64,000 bases of DNA. It comes from Octopus sinensis (taxonomy: Eukaryota). Positions 40,270 through 54,300 of this stretch are shown in pieces. Within the stretch, counting starts at the first letter, position 1. Every line of letters starts with the position of its first letter. The stretch lies in contig NC_042998.1 of assembly GCF_006345805.1 (NCBI RefSeq), forward strand, positions 98,766,001-98,830,000, read 5' to 3'. Below the pieces are notes generated by a model. The model did no database searches. It was given only the letters and a program-made list of their open reading frames with translations, and was not told where the DNA came from. The position numbers and the translations under genes were made by a program.

Positions 40270-41325
40270 TTATGGCTTAGAAGCCCTTACTGTTTATTTT
40301 CACTGTCCTGTTTTTGATACCATCTTTGACCCTCCGCAAATCCCAAATTTTATTTTGCTTTGCAGGAGCAGCTGTTTTCTCGAAGACACATCTTGTCATA
40401 ATGGTTCGAAATGTGGGGTAGATAAACAGCTGACAACTGATGAAGGGTCGTTTCTTTATGTTACTTGTCTTGTTTTCCATTTGTTTCTTTCGTTGTTCAC
40501 AAAAAAAAGTTCATATTCCATGTTTTTGTATTCCATATTTCATGTTGTTTACGTTTTATGATGTCCTGTATGCATATATGCATATATATATATACATATT
40601 ATTCATATTATTATATGATTGAACACCACGCATCCATTTCCGAGTAAGTTTATCTTAATAATTTTGATACAACTCTCTGTACTGTTCTCTCTCTCTCCCC
40701 TTTTGTTTCCTCTCTTCCTTTCTCTAATTTTTGTATTTCCCCTTCTCCCCCTTTCATTTTTCTCTCTCATCCTTTCTCTAATTCTTTTCCTCTCCCCTTC
40801 ACTATTCTCTTTCTGTCCCTCTCTCTTTCTCACACTTCCTCCTTTACTCTCTCATTGATCACACGTGACCATCGACCATCTTTCTTTTCCTACCTTGAGC
40901 TTCTTTCTTTTCTTTTGATCTGCCACACATATCACATGCATTCTTGTCTGTCTCCTCTTCTATCTTTTCTCCTATCAAAGCTTGTTCTTCCAGCATTCGC
41001 CACCTCACCTCATTATGGCTTAGCAGCCCTTACTGTTTGTTTTCACTGTCCTGTTTTTGTTACCATCTTTGACCCTCCAAAAATCCCAAATTTTATTTTG
41101 CTTTGCGGGAGCAACTGTTTTCTTGAAGACATGTCTTATCGTAATTGTTTGAAATATGGAGTAGATAAACAGCCGACAACTGATAAAGGGTCGTTTCTTG
41201 TTACTTGTCTTGTTTTCCTTTTGTTTCTTTCATTGTTTGCAAAACAAGTTTGTATTCCATGTTTTTGTATTTCATATTTCATGTTATTTACATTTTATGA
41301 CATCCTGTACCCATATATGCATATG
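40270..41325 (+). mobile_element. Two ~315-bp direct repeats around a pyrimidine-rich spacer (Penelope-like layout)
   Basis: 40270-40590 and 41013-41325 align throughout with many substitutions and are flanked by (TA)n arrays. Confidence 0.65.
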
Positions 41326-41333
41326 TATGTATG

Positions 41334-41372
<39 letters not shown>

Positions 41373-41421
41373 GTGTGTGTGTGTCTGTGTGTGTATGTAT
41401 GTACATATATGCATGTATATG

Positions 41422-41649
41422 CAGGGTTAACCAAAAGTCACCTGACAGTAAATCAAAACCATTTAATTCCAAGATTTATTTATGTTTAACAACTGAATGA
41501 ATTTAACAAAAGCATCTAAATATGAAATATGAAAATTGTTCAAACTGAAGTCCTTGAGCGACACCATTTTTCCAAAGGAATAAATAAAATTGAATATTAA
41601 GTATTCATGGAATTTTGATTTACAATTGGGTGACTTTTGGCCAACCCTA
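41422..41649. mobile_element. Tc1/mariner-type MITE
   Basis: TIRs cagggttaaccaaaagtcacc..gtaaatcaaaa / ttttgatttac..ggtgacttttggccaacccta, in a TA context. Confidence 0.8.
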
Positions 41650-41665
41650 TATAAATATATATATA

Positions 41666-41750
<85 letters not shown>

Positions 41751-41925
41751 TATATATAATATGAGGGAATATTATTCCAAACTTACAGGGAAAAATTCAA
41801 TTTAGAAATACTAAATCAAATTTCACAAAATATAATATATATATATAAATGAGAAAAAAAACACTTTTTATCAATTCAAAATGAAAAATTAAATTACACC
41901 ATCTAGAAAATTACATATAATAGAA

Positions 41926-42016
41926 AGATTAAATATATAGGATAAAAAATATAACGATGATTAAGTAACAAGATTACTTAATCATCGTTATATTTTTTAT
42001 CCTATATATTTAATCT
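41926..42016. repeat. Perfect 43-bp inverted repeat with a 5-nt loop
   Basis: 41926-41968 is the exact reverse complement of 41974-42016. The loop is caaga. Confidence 0.95.
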
Positions 42017-44523
42017 GGATAAATGGACTGGAGCAATGTGAAATAAAGTGTCTTGCTCAAGGACACAATGTGTTGCCAAGAATCAAACTTATGCCCTATG
42101 ATCATGAGCCAATTACCCTAACCACTAAGCCATGCACCTTCAATAGATACATCTTTTAATTACACAAATTTTCAAAAATATTTTCAATTTGTTTTATATG
42201 TATGAATCATCTGATATTGGGTTCAGACTTTGGCACAAGGCCAGCAGTTTTGGGGGAGGGGCAACATCAATTAAATCAACCCCTGTGCTTAACTGGTATT
42301 TATTTCAATATCCCCCCCCCCCCTCACAAAAAAGGATGACAGGCAAAGTTGAGCCCTCGCAGATGTTGAACTCATAATGTACAAATGAATGAAATGCGGT
42401 TAAGGATTTTGCCTGGCATGCTAACAGTTCTGTCACCTTGAATCATCTTATATTGATGAAATGACTTATGTGCAAGTGCTCTTTTAACAGTGATGAATTA
42501 GTTGGCTGCAAAAGAGTATTAAAAGAGTGTTAGCAAAAGAAAGAAGGGAAAGAGGAGTGATAGTCAAAAAGATCAGACAAACATTACAATAGAATGTAAT
42601 ATGAAAGAGATTTAGGTGCTTTTCTTAGAGCCACAAAGGCAAGGAATGAAGAGATGCATCTTTTCTCTATCTCCACTCTTGCTAAGAAAGGACAGTAATT
42701 TGTCATAGATAATATTCCAAGATGATTTGGTACCTATTTGTGATAGATGAACTGTGGTAGTCTTCTGTCCAGAAACAAAATAAGTGCCTGCATGAGAATT
42801 AAACTCTCAAACAATGAGCAAGTAGTCCAATATCATATCTACTTAATCATCTAACCCCAATATATAAGGAATAGGCATCAGATCTTCAAAGAATTATTCA
42901 GCATATCTACTTTATTTTAATATGTAAGTTGTGACATGAATGAGTTTTGAATGCTATTTTTAGCAGGATGAGTGAGCCCACAAAGGAATGAAGTGAAGGA
43001 GAAATAAATATTCTTTTTATCTCCTAGCTACTCCCATATATTTATTGCTGACAGGTGAACTGAGGTAATGTAGAATAAAGTGTTCTACTTTGAACTAAAA
43101 TGGAATGCCTGCAGCAAGATTTAAACTTGCAACTAATTTGCAAGTACTTCAAGATCTTATCCACCCAATCATCAGGCCTTTACATGTAGAGAATAGGTAT
43201 CAAATCTTCAAGGAATATCACGGGAAACTGACTGTTGTCCTGTTTAGTGAGTGATTTATTTTGCAGCCCATTAAATCCATGAAATTAAAGCTAAATGCCA
43301 GTATTTATGGAAACTTTGGTGGCTTATTTTTGTTACTTAGAGTGGAAGAGGAGTTTATAATGAAATTAGTATTCATATAATTTTAAGTAAAACCTGATAT
43401 CTGGTTTTTAAACATCTCTATCTGTGTTTACAAATGTATATACATATAGGTAAAGGTGCATTATCAAGAGGTTAGGATGTTGCTGTTGGCTTCATTATCG
43501 CAGGCTTGTGGGTTTGTTTCCTAGATTAGGTGGTATGTTGTGAAAGTCTACACAGCTGAAATTGAGTATCATCTGAGAGCTAGCACAGCCATCAGGCATG
43601 GCTGTGGGGTAAGACATTTGTTTTCCAGTTACGTGGCTCCAGGTTCAGTCCTACTGCATGGCATCTTGGGCAAGTATCTTCCACTATAGCTTCGCGCCAA
43701 CCAAAGCCTTGTGAGTGAATTTGGTAAACGGAAAGTGGAAGAAGCCTGTTATAGATGTATATCAATGTGTGTGTCTTTGAGTTTCTGTAACTTAGAGGTT
43801 TGGCAAAAAAGTTCAATAGAATAAATACCAGACTTTAAAAAATAAGTACTGGGGTTGATTCATTCAACTAAAATTTGTTCAAGGCAGTGCCCCAGGATGG
43901 CTGCAGTCTAATAACTGAAACAAGGAAAAGATAAAAGCTATCACATTCTTGATATTCCACTGGGTCAAGGATGGGAGGAACACAAGGGTATCACACTAAC
44001 TTGTGGGTGATGACTATGCATGAGTATGTTCATATATAGATGTCATATTTTGAATGAATATTTTATAAAAGATATTGTGGTACCTATATAATAGAAAATG
44101 ACATTTGTGCCATGTTTGTGTGAAGGACATAACGCCTATAAGTTATATTAGTAACATATTAGCTTCTTATTAAGCCTTGAATGTTATTGCCAAACCAACA
44201 TACATAGCAAAGATGGATCTAGTGTGTTGAAAATACTATTATAATCAGCATTTTAATATAAAGCAAATTGGAATATATCTGATCCAATTTTTCATCTAAT
44301 GCAAGCACAAAATCCCTGACATAATCATTGAAGATATAAAAGAAAAAAATTGTATAGTGATGGGAGTTCTGTTTGAAATATAACAAATGAGTGGCTGTGC
44401 GGTAAGAAGCTTGCATAGCACCTTGGGCAAGTGTCTTCTAATATAGCCTTGGGCTGACCAAAGCCTTGTGAATGGAATTGGTGAACGGAAACTGAAAGAA
44501 ACCTGTTGTATATATATATATAT

Positions 44524-44572
<49 letters not shown>

Positions 44573-44628
44573 AATGTATACATATATATACACACATATA
44601 TATATATATACAAATATATACATATATA

Positions 44629-44662
<34 letters not shown>

Positions 44663-46697
44663 TGCATGTATGTGTGTGTGTGTGTGTGTGTGTCTGTGCT
44701 TGTCCTCCCACCATCGCTTGACAACTGACGTTGGTGTGTTGACGTTCCCGTAATCTAGCGGTTTGTCAAAAGAGACCAATAGAATAAGTACTAGGCTTAC
44801 AAAGAATAAGTCCTGGGGTCGATTTGTTTGAGTAAAGGCAGTGCTCCAGCATGGCTGCAGTCAAATGACTGAAACAAGTAGAATAGTAGAAGAATCTGCA
44901 AAAGTGCAGTTACAGCAGACCCTAGGTTTCAAACTCAAATTAAATAAGCTCGTATTTTTATCCATAATTAATTGCTTGTGTCCTTTTTTTTTAATAAGAC
45001 CAAATGTTTAATTAGTCACCTTAAAAGGCTAGATTGTAAGACAACAAACATAATGCAGGGTAAAGATCTGTAAGTAAATGGTAAAAATATGTAAGATATT
45101 TCTAAAGCTTAGCATGTGTCCTTTACATAAACATGGCACTTTCTATAAGATTCTGGATCAAGAATATTTTAATATTTCTTTTATATGATATCCTGATGGC
45201 TGTCTCTTACTCTTTTTTTTTTTTTTTTTGAAATTTATAGACATATTACTTGTCTAAATTTCAATGAGAGATTTCGAAGAAAGTCGGGGGAATTTAAAAG
45301 TAAGGAAGAAGAAAAGAAAAGAAAAACCAATATATATATATGTCGTTTTAACTTGCCAGGAAATGCATTAAACCTTGGAGAAGATAAATTACATCTGACT
45401 GCCTAACAGGAAAAGAAACATCGAATTCCTTTATAATTAGAGTTAGTTAGTACACGAGAAGGTTATTCAACTTTTAAAGGTTCGTTTCTAGAGAACACAT
45501 GGAAACGCATGAATTTGCAAATCTTTGTTAATTCATTCAGATTAGAAATATCAATGTAAAAGTTGAAATAAAATATATATCCGAGTACACACATATTCAT
45601 ATATAAGAGTGCATGTATATTCTAAAATCAAGTACATACTAATGAGTAACTGTGTATATACACATATAGTTATATCTGTATATACATCATTATCGTACAC
45701 ATGTACACATGTAAATAAATATGTACAATGTATTGGATATTCACTAACGAGTCTATTTATTATTATTTCAAGATATACTGACTAAATTTAATTAGAATTA
45801 CAAATAAACAAGAAGAATTACGAGAAAGGTGAAAGAGAAAAAAGTAAGAGCATTATAAACACATTGTCAGTATAAAAAATTTCGTGAACTTTTCAATATT
45901 ACGGAATAGATAGAACACCTGGGAGCAAAATATAATTCGTAGTCTTTTAATGGTAACAAACTTAAGCGGTTCGATGAGTTCATTGATAAAAGGTGGATGG
46001 GAAATAAATTTCGTATTACGAATTACGTTTGAATGGAGAAGTGTATAGATTGCTACGATTCTTCCGCGTTTAATGTATATGCGGAGGTGTTATTATGCAT
46101 TAGATGTATCTTTATACAAATTAAATAGCAGCATTTTTTATTTAATCTATAAGAACAAAAGAAGCAGACACGGGATACTAAACAATATAAGAGTAGCTGT
46201 TCTCTTTGTATACACACACACTCTTTTTGATAGATAGATAGATAGATACTTTGCGAAAAGGGTGGTGGGGACAGGAAAATTATGAAATCTCTTCACGAGA
46301 CAGTGCAATGTCAGAATGTAGGGAAAGCTTTTAGACAGTTTTAAGTCGAAGCTGCAGGTTGGTTTCTTAAGGTATGTAAATGGTCTGAAATGTATCAATT
46401 AGAATTAGGCTAAATTATGGAATGGCGTGGTTGTCTTAGTAGTGGAAGGGGTGGGCTTGTAGTTTTGGTAACTCTTGCTGGTCAAATTGCGTGGTTTTCT
46501 AGCAGATAAATTCTTTAAAACAATTGAAGTGAAAGTGAAATACACACCAAGATACCTACACACATACACACGTCAATGCATATATACATACATGCATACA
46601 TACATACACACACACATACATACATGCATGCATACATACATGCATACATACATGCATACATACATGCATACATACATGCATGCATACATACATACAT

Positions 46698-46728
<31 letters not shown>

Positions 46729-46797
46729 ACACACACACACACACACACCACATACAATCTAAGTGCGTGTGAAAATTACAGGTGAAAGTCAACTTAC

Positions 46798-46883
46798 CTT
46801 GTCTGGCGCCAGAAGAAGGACTGAATGGGCAAAGGTATGGAATGATCATAGTCCACGCCATTTCCAAACTTTCGTTTAGGCAT
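46798..46883 (-). CDS. unc80: UNC80 coding exon 1 (start codon at 46883)
   Basis: Minus strand reads ATG...MPKRKFGNGVDYDHSIPLPIQSFFWRQT-AG|GTAAGT. This matches the recalled vertebrate N-terminus MVKRK...GIPLPIQTFLWRQTS. 86 nt, phase-2 donor at 46797. Confidence 0.93.
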
Positions 46884-46898
46884 TTTTCACACTATTTC

Positions 46899-46936
<38 letters not shown>

Positions 46937-48296
46937 TGACAGAATGGCACCCTATGGCCAACTGACCGATGATGTCTGTGGTGCCATTACTTAGACATTT
47001 AACTACTAATAGAACACACGAAGGGAATATATAGAAATTATCCAACGTTTCTTTCGAGTCGACATCGTTAATCAAAGACTTGTTGTTAATAGGTTCCCGA
47101 AGAATTCGCCAGAAGAAAATACGGAATTGAGATTTAGGAAATACATCTGATGTCAGGGTGTGTAGCGCATTTGTTATATAAACGGTTGGAACTGTTGATT
47201 TGATGTTATGGTGATGGTGGTGGAGGTAGCAGTGGTGGCGGCGGCGGTGGTGGTGGTGGTTCCCGATTGAAAAATTATATGGAAAATTTGTTACGTTAAA
47301 CAACGCCTTTTGTTGTTACTCGTTCTGTTTATTTATTTTCCGCAAAACTACGGTCAATTTGCATAGATTTGATATCGCTGAGAAGTAACCATCCACCTTG
47401 TTTTTTATCACTTGCTAAATTCTTCCTTCTAACGCTAATAGAAAGTTGAAAACTGGAAGTGGGAGCAATAATAAGCTTGGCACGCACTCATATTACATAC
47501 ATGCACACATACATACATGCACACATACATACACAAGAACTGTTGCTGCGGCCGTAGAATAAGGAAGTAGACAAAATGGCAAGAAGCAGCAGCCGATATC
47601 TTAGTCTCATTCGCAGTATTAGAATTGTTCGGATGGATGTCAGTGAATTAGCTACAAAACCGATTATTTATCTTGTTCTGTTAATATTAGCTACCACTAG
47701 ACAACATCTACATGTTGTCATTCACAGGAAGAAAATGAAACAGCAGAAAAACGAAAGCAGTTCGTCAGTTTATATGATGGACATGACAACAAACAGAAAA
47801 TTATAGTGCTGATATTTTGTAGAAAAAAACTTGCTTTTTGTTCTTAGTTAGTAGTTAAGGTAGATGAGAACACGTTAATAGATGATGAAAAGTAATATCA
47901 ATATTATTGTGGATGACGATGGTAATAACGATGCCGCCATTGAAGCGTATAAACAGTTGGTTCTGCAAGCAGCTTAGTACTGTTTCAATGTCGTAACCAA
48001 TTATTTTGATACGAAAGCGGGAAAGAAAATTTATCTTGCAGCAGCAACCAACAACTGCCAATTTAACTGGCAGAATGACTGACTGACTGACTATCCGATT
48101 GGAATGAATAGAAAGACAGATAGAAAAAGAGACCTTGGCTGGTTGTTTAGCACCCCATCCATCTCCTGATGCATGATGATCGATCGAAAAAATATTCCAC
48201 GCACTGTCTACGGAGCGCACTAAAAGAATATTACCTAATATGTACGCATACAAATATGTATGTATGTGTGTGCATATATATATATATGTGTGTATG

Positions 48297-48327
<31 letters not shown>

Positions 48328-48378
48328 GTAAATTCGGTATGTGGTAAGGCAATTCGTTGCTAAACCCTTTATTGCTTA

Positions 48379-48476
<98 letters not shown>

Positions 48477-48581
48477 GTATATATATGTATATATATAAAC
48501 TGAAAAACTTGAAAAAACAACAAAAGTCAGTGGGACACACACAGTGGATACATTAGGTTGACGTTCAGGGAAAGTAGGAGT

Positions 48582-48608
48582 GACGTTTCGGGGATGGCTC
48601 TTCATCGG
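48582..48608 (-). ncRNA. Decayed hammerhead-like core in a Penelope-like end
   Basis: CCGATGA A GAGCCATCCCC GAAA CGTC. U4 is replaced by C, stem II is weak and there is no stem I partner. Confidence 0.35.
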
Positions 48609-50279
48609 AAAGAAAAAAAAAGTCCAGAGGGAAGGAAGAGTGGGGAAGAAGCAGAGTCCAAGGGAAACACACGTCATACAAATATACTTATGTGCGCGCA
48701 TGTGGGAGAATGAATGATAGGATGCCTTTAAAGATAAAATTAGTCATATAGTTATATCAATTTTCAGATATGTGAAAAGAGAAAATAAATAATCATTTAG
48801 TTAAATGCTTCATTTAGCCTCAATATAAGTATATCATCATCATCATCATTGATTAATGTCCGTTTTCCATGCTGGCATGGGTTGGATGGTTTTTTGACTG
48901 AGGTCTGGAGAGCCAGCGGCTGCACCAGGCTTCAGTCTGGTCTGGCAGAGTTTCTACAGCTGGATGCCCTTCCTAACGCCAACCACTCCGAGAATGTAGT
49001 GGGTGCTTTTTACATGCCACTGGCACAGAAGCCAGTAAGACGGGCCTGGCATATATATATATATATATTTTTATATATATCATCATCATCATTTAATGTC
49101 TGCTTTCCATGTTGTCATGGGTGGGACAATTTGACAGGATCTGGCCAGGCAGAAGCCTGCACCAGACTTCTGTGTTTGTTTTGGTAGGATTTTTACATCC
49201 GGATGCCCTTCCTAACACCAACCACCAACAATAGTGGACTTATTGCTTTTTACATGGCACAAGCACAGGTGCGGTCAGTTTTGGCAAAATTTTTACTGCT
49301 GGATGCCCTTCCAAACGTCAACCACTTCACAGTGTAGACTGGATGCTTTTTAAGTGGCACCTACACTGACAGGGTCATCAAGTAACTTGCAAGGCAAAAA
49401 TCTTTTAAGAGGGGAGGGGGCATTGGAGGAGATGATCTTGTGTCAGATGATGAAAAGTTACAGTGAGATAGAGATACAGAAACAGGTGTCTTGCTTTAGA
49501 GGAGGTACAAGGCTACCTGGCCAAAGAGAGAGAGAGAGATCAGGAATGAGGATAGAATCAGGTGTGCTGCTATAAAAGAAATACATGGTTACCCAACCTG
49601 AGGGAAGAGCAGGAGAAGGATAGAAAGGGTGGGAGACTGCAGGATAGAGACGTTGAGGAAGTGTTGGGTATACTCACAAGGGATGGGGATCAGAATATAA
49701 ATGGGATGGATGGGCGAGTAAAGGAAGAGAGAGATATAATTGGTGGTCAGTGCCAAGGCATACCCTTGAGGTTCGAAAGTTATAATATAAATGGTAGGTC
49801 ATTCTTTTCTATTCTAGGCATAAGGCCCGAAATTTTTGGGGAGAGGTCCAGTCAATTAGATTGACCCCAGTACATAACTGGAACTTAATTTATTGACCCC
49901 AAAAGGATGAAAGGCAAAGTTAGCCTCGGCAGAATTTGAACTCAGAACGTAAAGAAAGACAAAATACTGCTAAGCATTTCATCCGGCGTGCTAATGTTTC
50001 TGCCAGCTAGCTGCCTTGTAAGTGGCAAGACATTGCCAAAGAAGTGTGATTAGAGAGAGGGGAGGAGAATGCAGTGAGTGGTGAAAACTTGGTTATATAG
50101 AGTGGGTGTGGGGCTACCAGATAGCAATGATGCAAAAAAACAGGACCATGAAGACAGGATTGGAGAGTGAGAGGTAAGCATCGTGCATAAAGGAGGAAAT
50201 TTGAGGAAAAGAACAGATGTAGAGATGTAGTTTGGATTGTTGGGGGTTGGGTGAGTGAAATATGTAGGTACATATATAT

Positions 50280-51090
50280 CATCATTATCATCATCATCGT
50301 TTAACATCCGCATTCCATGCTGGCATGGGTTGGACAGTTTGTCTGAAGACTGGTAAGCCAGAAGGCTGCACCAAGCTCCAATCTGATCTGGCGAAGTTTC
50401 TACAGCTGGATGCCCTTCCTAATGCCAACCACTCCAAGAGAGTAGTTGGGCTTTTATGTGCCACTGGCACGAGGGCTAGTCAGGCGGTACTGGCAATGAC
50501 CATGCTCCAAAAGTGTTTTTTACGTGCCACCTGCATGGAAGCTAGTCCTGCAGCACTGGCCATGACTATGCTCAAATGTTGTTTTTCCCATGCCACTGGC
50601 AATGATCAGGTTCGAATGGTGCTTTTTACGTGCCACTGGTATGGGAGTCAGTCAGTGGCCCTAGCAACGATCACACTCGGATGGTGCTTTTAACGTTCCG
50701 CTGGCATGAGTGCTAATCAGGCAGTACTGTCAACAGCCACATCAGTGATTTTGATTTCACTTGCCTCAACAGGTCTTCGCAAGCAAAGTTTATTGTCCAA
50801 TGAACGAAGGGTACTCATAAGTGGGCTGGTTATACACCACTGGCATAGGCTACAGGTTATGGTCTCACTTGGCTTGTCAGGTCTTCTTAAACACAGCATA
50901 TCTCCAAAGGTCTTGGTCACTAGTCATTGCCTCGGTGAGGCCCATTGTTCGAAGGTTGTGCTTCACTACCTCATCCCAGGTGTTCCTGGGTCTACCTCTT
51001 CCACAGGTTCCCTCAACTGCTAGGGTGTGACACTTTTTCACACAGCTGTCCTCATCCATTTGCAACACATGACCATACCAGCACAGTCAC
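50280..51090 (-). mobile_element. RTE-clade LINE 3' fragment
   Basis: MDEDSCVKKCHTLAVEGTCGRGRPRNTW, followed by the family 3'UTR and a (GAT)n tail. Many UTR-only copies occur, e.g. 33505-33870, 34460-34810, 37085-37430, 48838-49050 and 53690-54045. Confidence 0.85.
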
Positions 51091-51315
51091 ATATATATAT
51101 ATATATTCTTTTTTACTTGTTTCAGTTATTTGAATGCGACCATGCTAGAGCACTGCCTTTAGTTGAGCAAATCGACCTCAGGACTTATTCTTTGTAAGTC
51201 TAGTACTTATTCTATTGGTCTCTTTTGCCCAACCACTACATTACTGGTATGTAAACACACCAGCATCGGTTCTCAAGTGATGTTGGGGGGGACAAAGACA
51301 GACATGCAAACATAT

Positions 51316-51350
<35 letters not shown>

Positions 51351-54300
51351 CGATGGGCTTCTTTCAGTTTCCATCAGCCAAATCCACTTGCAAGGCTTTG
51401 GTAGACTCAAGGCTATAGTAGAATACACTTGCACAAGATGCCATGCAGTGAGACTGAACCCGGAACCATGTGGTTGGTAAGTAAGCTACTTACCACACAG
51501 CCACTCCATATATATATATATAATAAAATTTTTTGGATTTGATAGAAAAATTAGGTATTTAAATAGTAAAAGCACCGAAGTAGGGTTGGAGATAGCGCAT
51601 TTGTGTACCAACAATGTGTATTGGCATATACATACTTACGAAAGTAAATCTGTATTTGTCCTTCCAGTTATGTTCACATCCACAAGTACTGACAGAATAC
51701 ACATGTCATCAAAGTCATTCATCAACTATAAACTCCAGATCCAAATGTATAGAAGTTTCCAAGTTAGGTGAAGAATAAACAATAACACAGATGGGTTACA
51801 GTTCACTACAGCAAAAGATTCTTTATTGATGAACAAAAGTGTTGCATCAGGTGAAAAAAGAAAATCTAACATTGACTTTCCCACAAAATAGAACATAGTG
51901 CAAGATGGGAAACTTTCTTATACTTTCCCCTCTATTCGTCATTTCTTTCCTCCATCAATCTCTTTCTTTCTGCTTCTCCCCCTACTTACTTCTGTCCCTA
52001 TAACAAGTTCATTAATATGAATTTAGTAATAGCTTCAGCTGTAACCTGATTGGCTGGGTCATCTTGCACTATGTTCTATTTTGTGAGAAATTTGATGTAT
52101 TTAATTTTCTCTTTTCACCTGGAGAAAATGTTTTTTTGCATGAAGGACCACTTTTGTTCAACAATAAAGAACACATCTGAAACAGCTGTAGGGAACCACA
52201 ACTCATCTGTGTTATTGCTTATATATGTGTGTGTGTATGTATGTATATATATATATATATATATATATTTAAAATCTTTAAACATTTCAGCCTTTTATTA
52301 ACTTCCTACTTATTTGATAAGCACTTATGAAGAACCCAAATATCACAAAATATTTAAGAGAAATATTGCTATATTTAGCTTCAGTTATTTCATGCAATTT
52401 TGTGATAGAAATAGTATATACCAGTAGTAAAATTCAGTAACAATTTCCTAATTCTAGTACTTCCATTCAGGTAACTGTCTTATTCACATAAATTGTCCAT
52501 TTACAATTTGTTTTTCCAAATTGATTGTTTGCTGAAGAAAAGTATTTACTGCTGATAATTCATTATACAAGCATTATATGGGGGAAATGGAAAATAAATT
52601 TAAAATATAATTCATTCAGAGCTACTTCCTTTTTAAAATCCAGATAATGATCTATGGACATTAGTTTATTCAAATATAAAGGATTTTAAGAAAAATTACA
52701 ATGTCAAGGGATGTAAAATTCAACATCATCATCATTATCACCATCAACATCACCACCATCATCATCATTATCATTATCATCCTTTAATGTCTGTTTTCCA
52801 TGCTGGCATGAGTTAGGTGGTTTGACTGGAAATGGTATGCCAGAGAGCTGCACCAGGCTCCAATCTGTTTTGGCTTGGTCTCTACTGCTGGACACCCTTC
52901 CTAATGCCAACCACTCCACAAAGTGTACCGGGTGCCTTTTACATGTCACCAATGCAGATGTTTTTTATGTGTCATCGGCACAAGCCATAAAGACGATTTC
53001 ACTTAGCTCCATATATCTTCTCAAGCACATCAATTTGTTAGAAGTCCTGGTCACTTGTCATCACCTCTGTGAGATTCAACAGCTGAAGATCACATTTCAT
53101 CACATTGTAGCATGTCTTCCTGGGTCTCCTCTTTCATACGTCCATTCCACAGTCAGAAATTGACACTTCTTTATGCAGCTGTCCTTGTCCATATGAATCA
53201 CATGACCATACCAGCTCAGTCTTCTCTCCTGCTTGCTACATCTGATGCCTCTTATATCCAATTTTTCTCTTACAATAGTTAAGCATGCCAAATGTTATAA
53301 ACAGTATGAGGTAAGTTGTGACCTAGCTTTCCAGAGAAAATTCATTTACTGTTTTATAAAGGTTCCATTTTCAAGAAATGATATACTTTTGTTATCATAA
53401 ATCAAAATATTTTAACAAACATTTTGAAGTACAAAAAAAAGAAAAATGTATTGTCATAGAAATTATTCATACTAATTCTAAAAAAATTCAGAAAATTTCT
53501 TCAGTTAACAGGAATAAATATTTCCTATTTTTCTGTTTTCATGCATCAGCTGTAACAAAGAGCTTTATGCAATAAAGCTGCTACTGCTTAGTATGCTTAT
53601 AATAAGTTAATACCTGTTTGACAAGCTTTGCACATGCCAGCAAATGTATTTTTATTGTTTACATATATTTTATATAATCAAAATCAAAATCAAAATCGAT
53701 CAACATCAATGGAAATTGCAGCTGTGATACCAGTGCCGGTGGTAGTAAGAGAACCATCTGAACATGGCCGTTGCCAGCACCGCCCCAACTGGCCTCGTGC
53801 CGGTGGCACATAAAAAGCACCATCCAATTGTGGCCGTTGCCAGCCTTGCCTGGCACCTGTGCCAGTGACACGTAAAAAGCACCCACTACACTCACGGAAT
53901 GGTTGGCGTTAGGAAGGGCATCTAGCCATAGAAACATTGCCAGATCAGACTGGGCCTGGTGCAGCCTTCTGGCTTCCCAGACCCCAGTTGAACCATCCAA
54001 CCCATGCTAGCATGGAAAGCGGATGCTAAACGAAGATGATGATGTTTTCATATAGGAACAGCAGGTCCAATTGGGCTAGAGTTATGTCTGTCACTGATAA
54101 AGCATGACTACACAGAAACATGTGTCAGACAATTCTATGACATCATTAAGAGCCTAGCTTGATTTGTTTTTATGCATATAATCTAAAGCAGAATGAATTT
54201 TCTTTAAACAACTCCTACAGCAAATGTCTTTACATGTCTGAGTGTACACAAGTATGTTAAAAATGTACAAAGCTTTACAATAAATAATTTTGTATTTGTA

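Larger units (their letters stand above)
45300..48720. promoter_or_regulatory. CpG-retaining region around unc80 exon 1 (probable promoter/5' leader)
   Basis: CpG dinucleotides are visibly frequent in unique sequence (cgtattacgaattacg, ttcgagtcgacatcg, gcggccgtag, gatcgatcg), unlike the introns. The region spans the start-codon exon. Judged by eye, not counted, and the TSS is not located. Confidence 0.45.

Noticed and set aside
47576-47806. 76-aa plus-strand ORF as a divergent gene
   Set aside because: No recognisable homology and no downstream exons were found.
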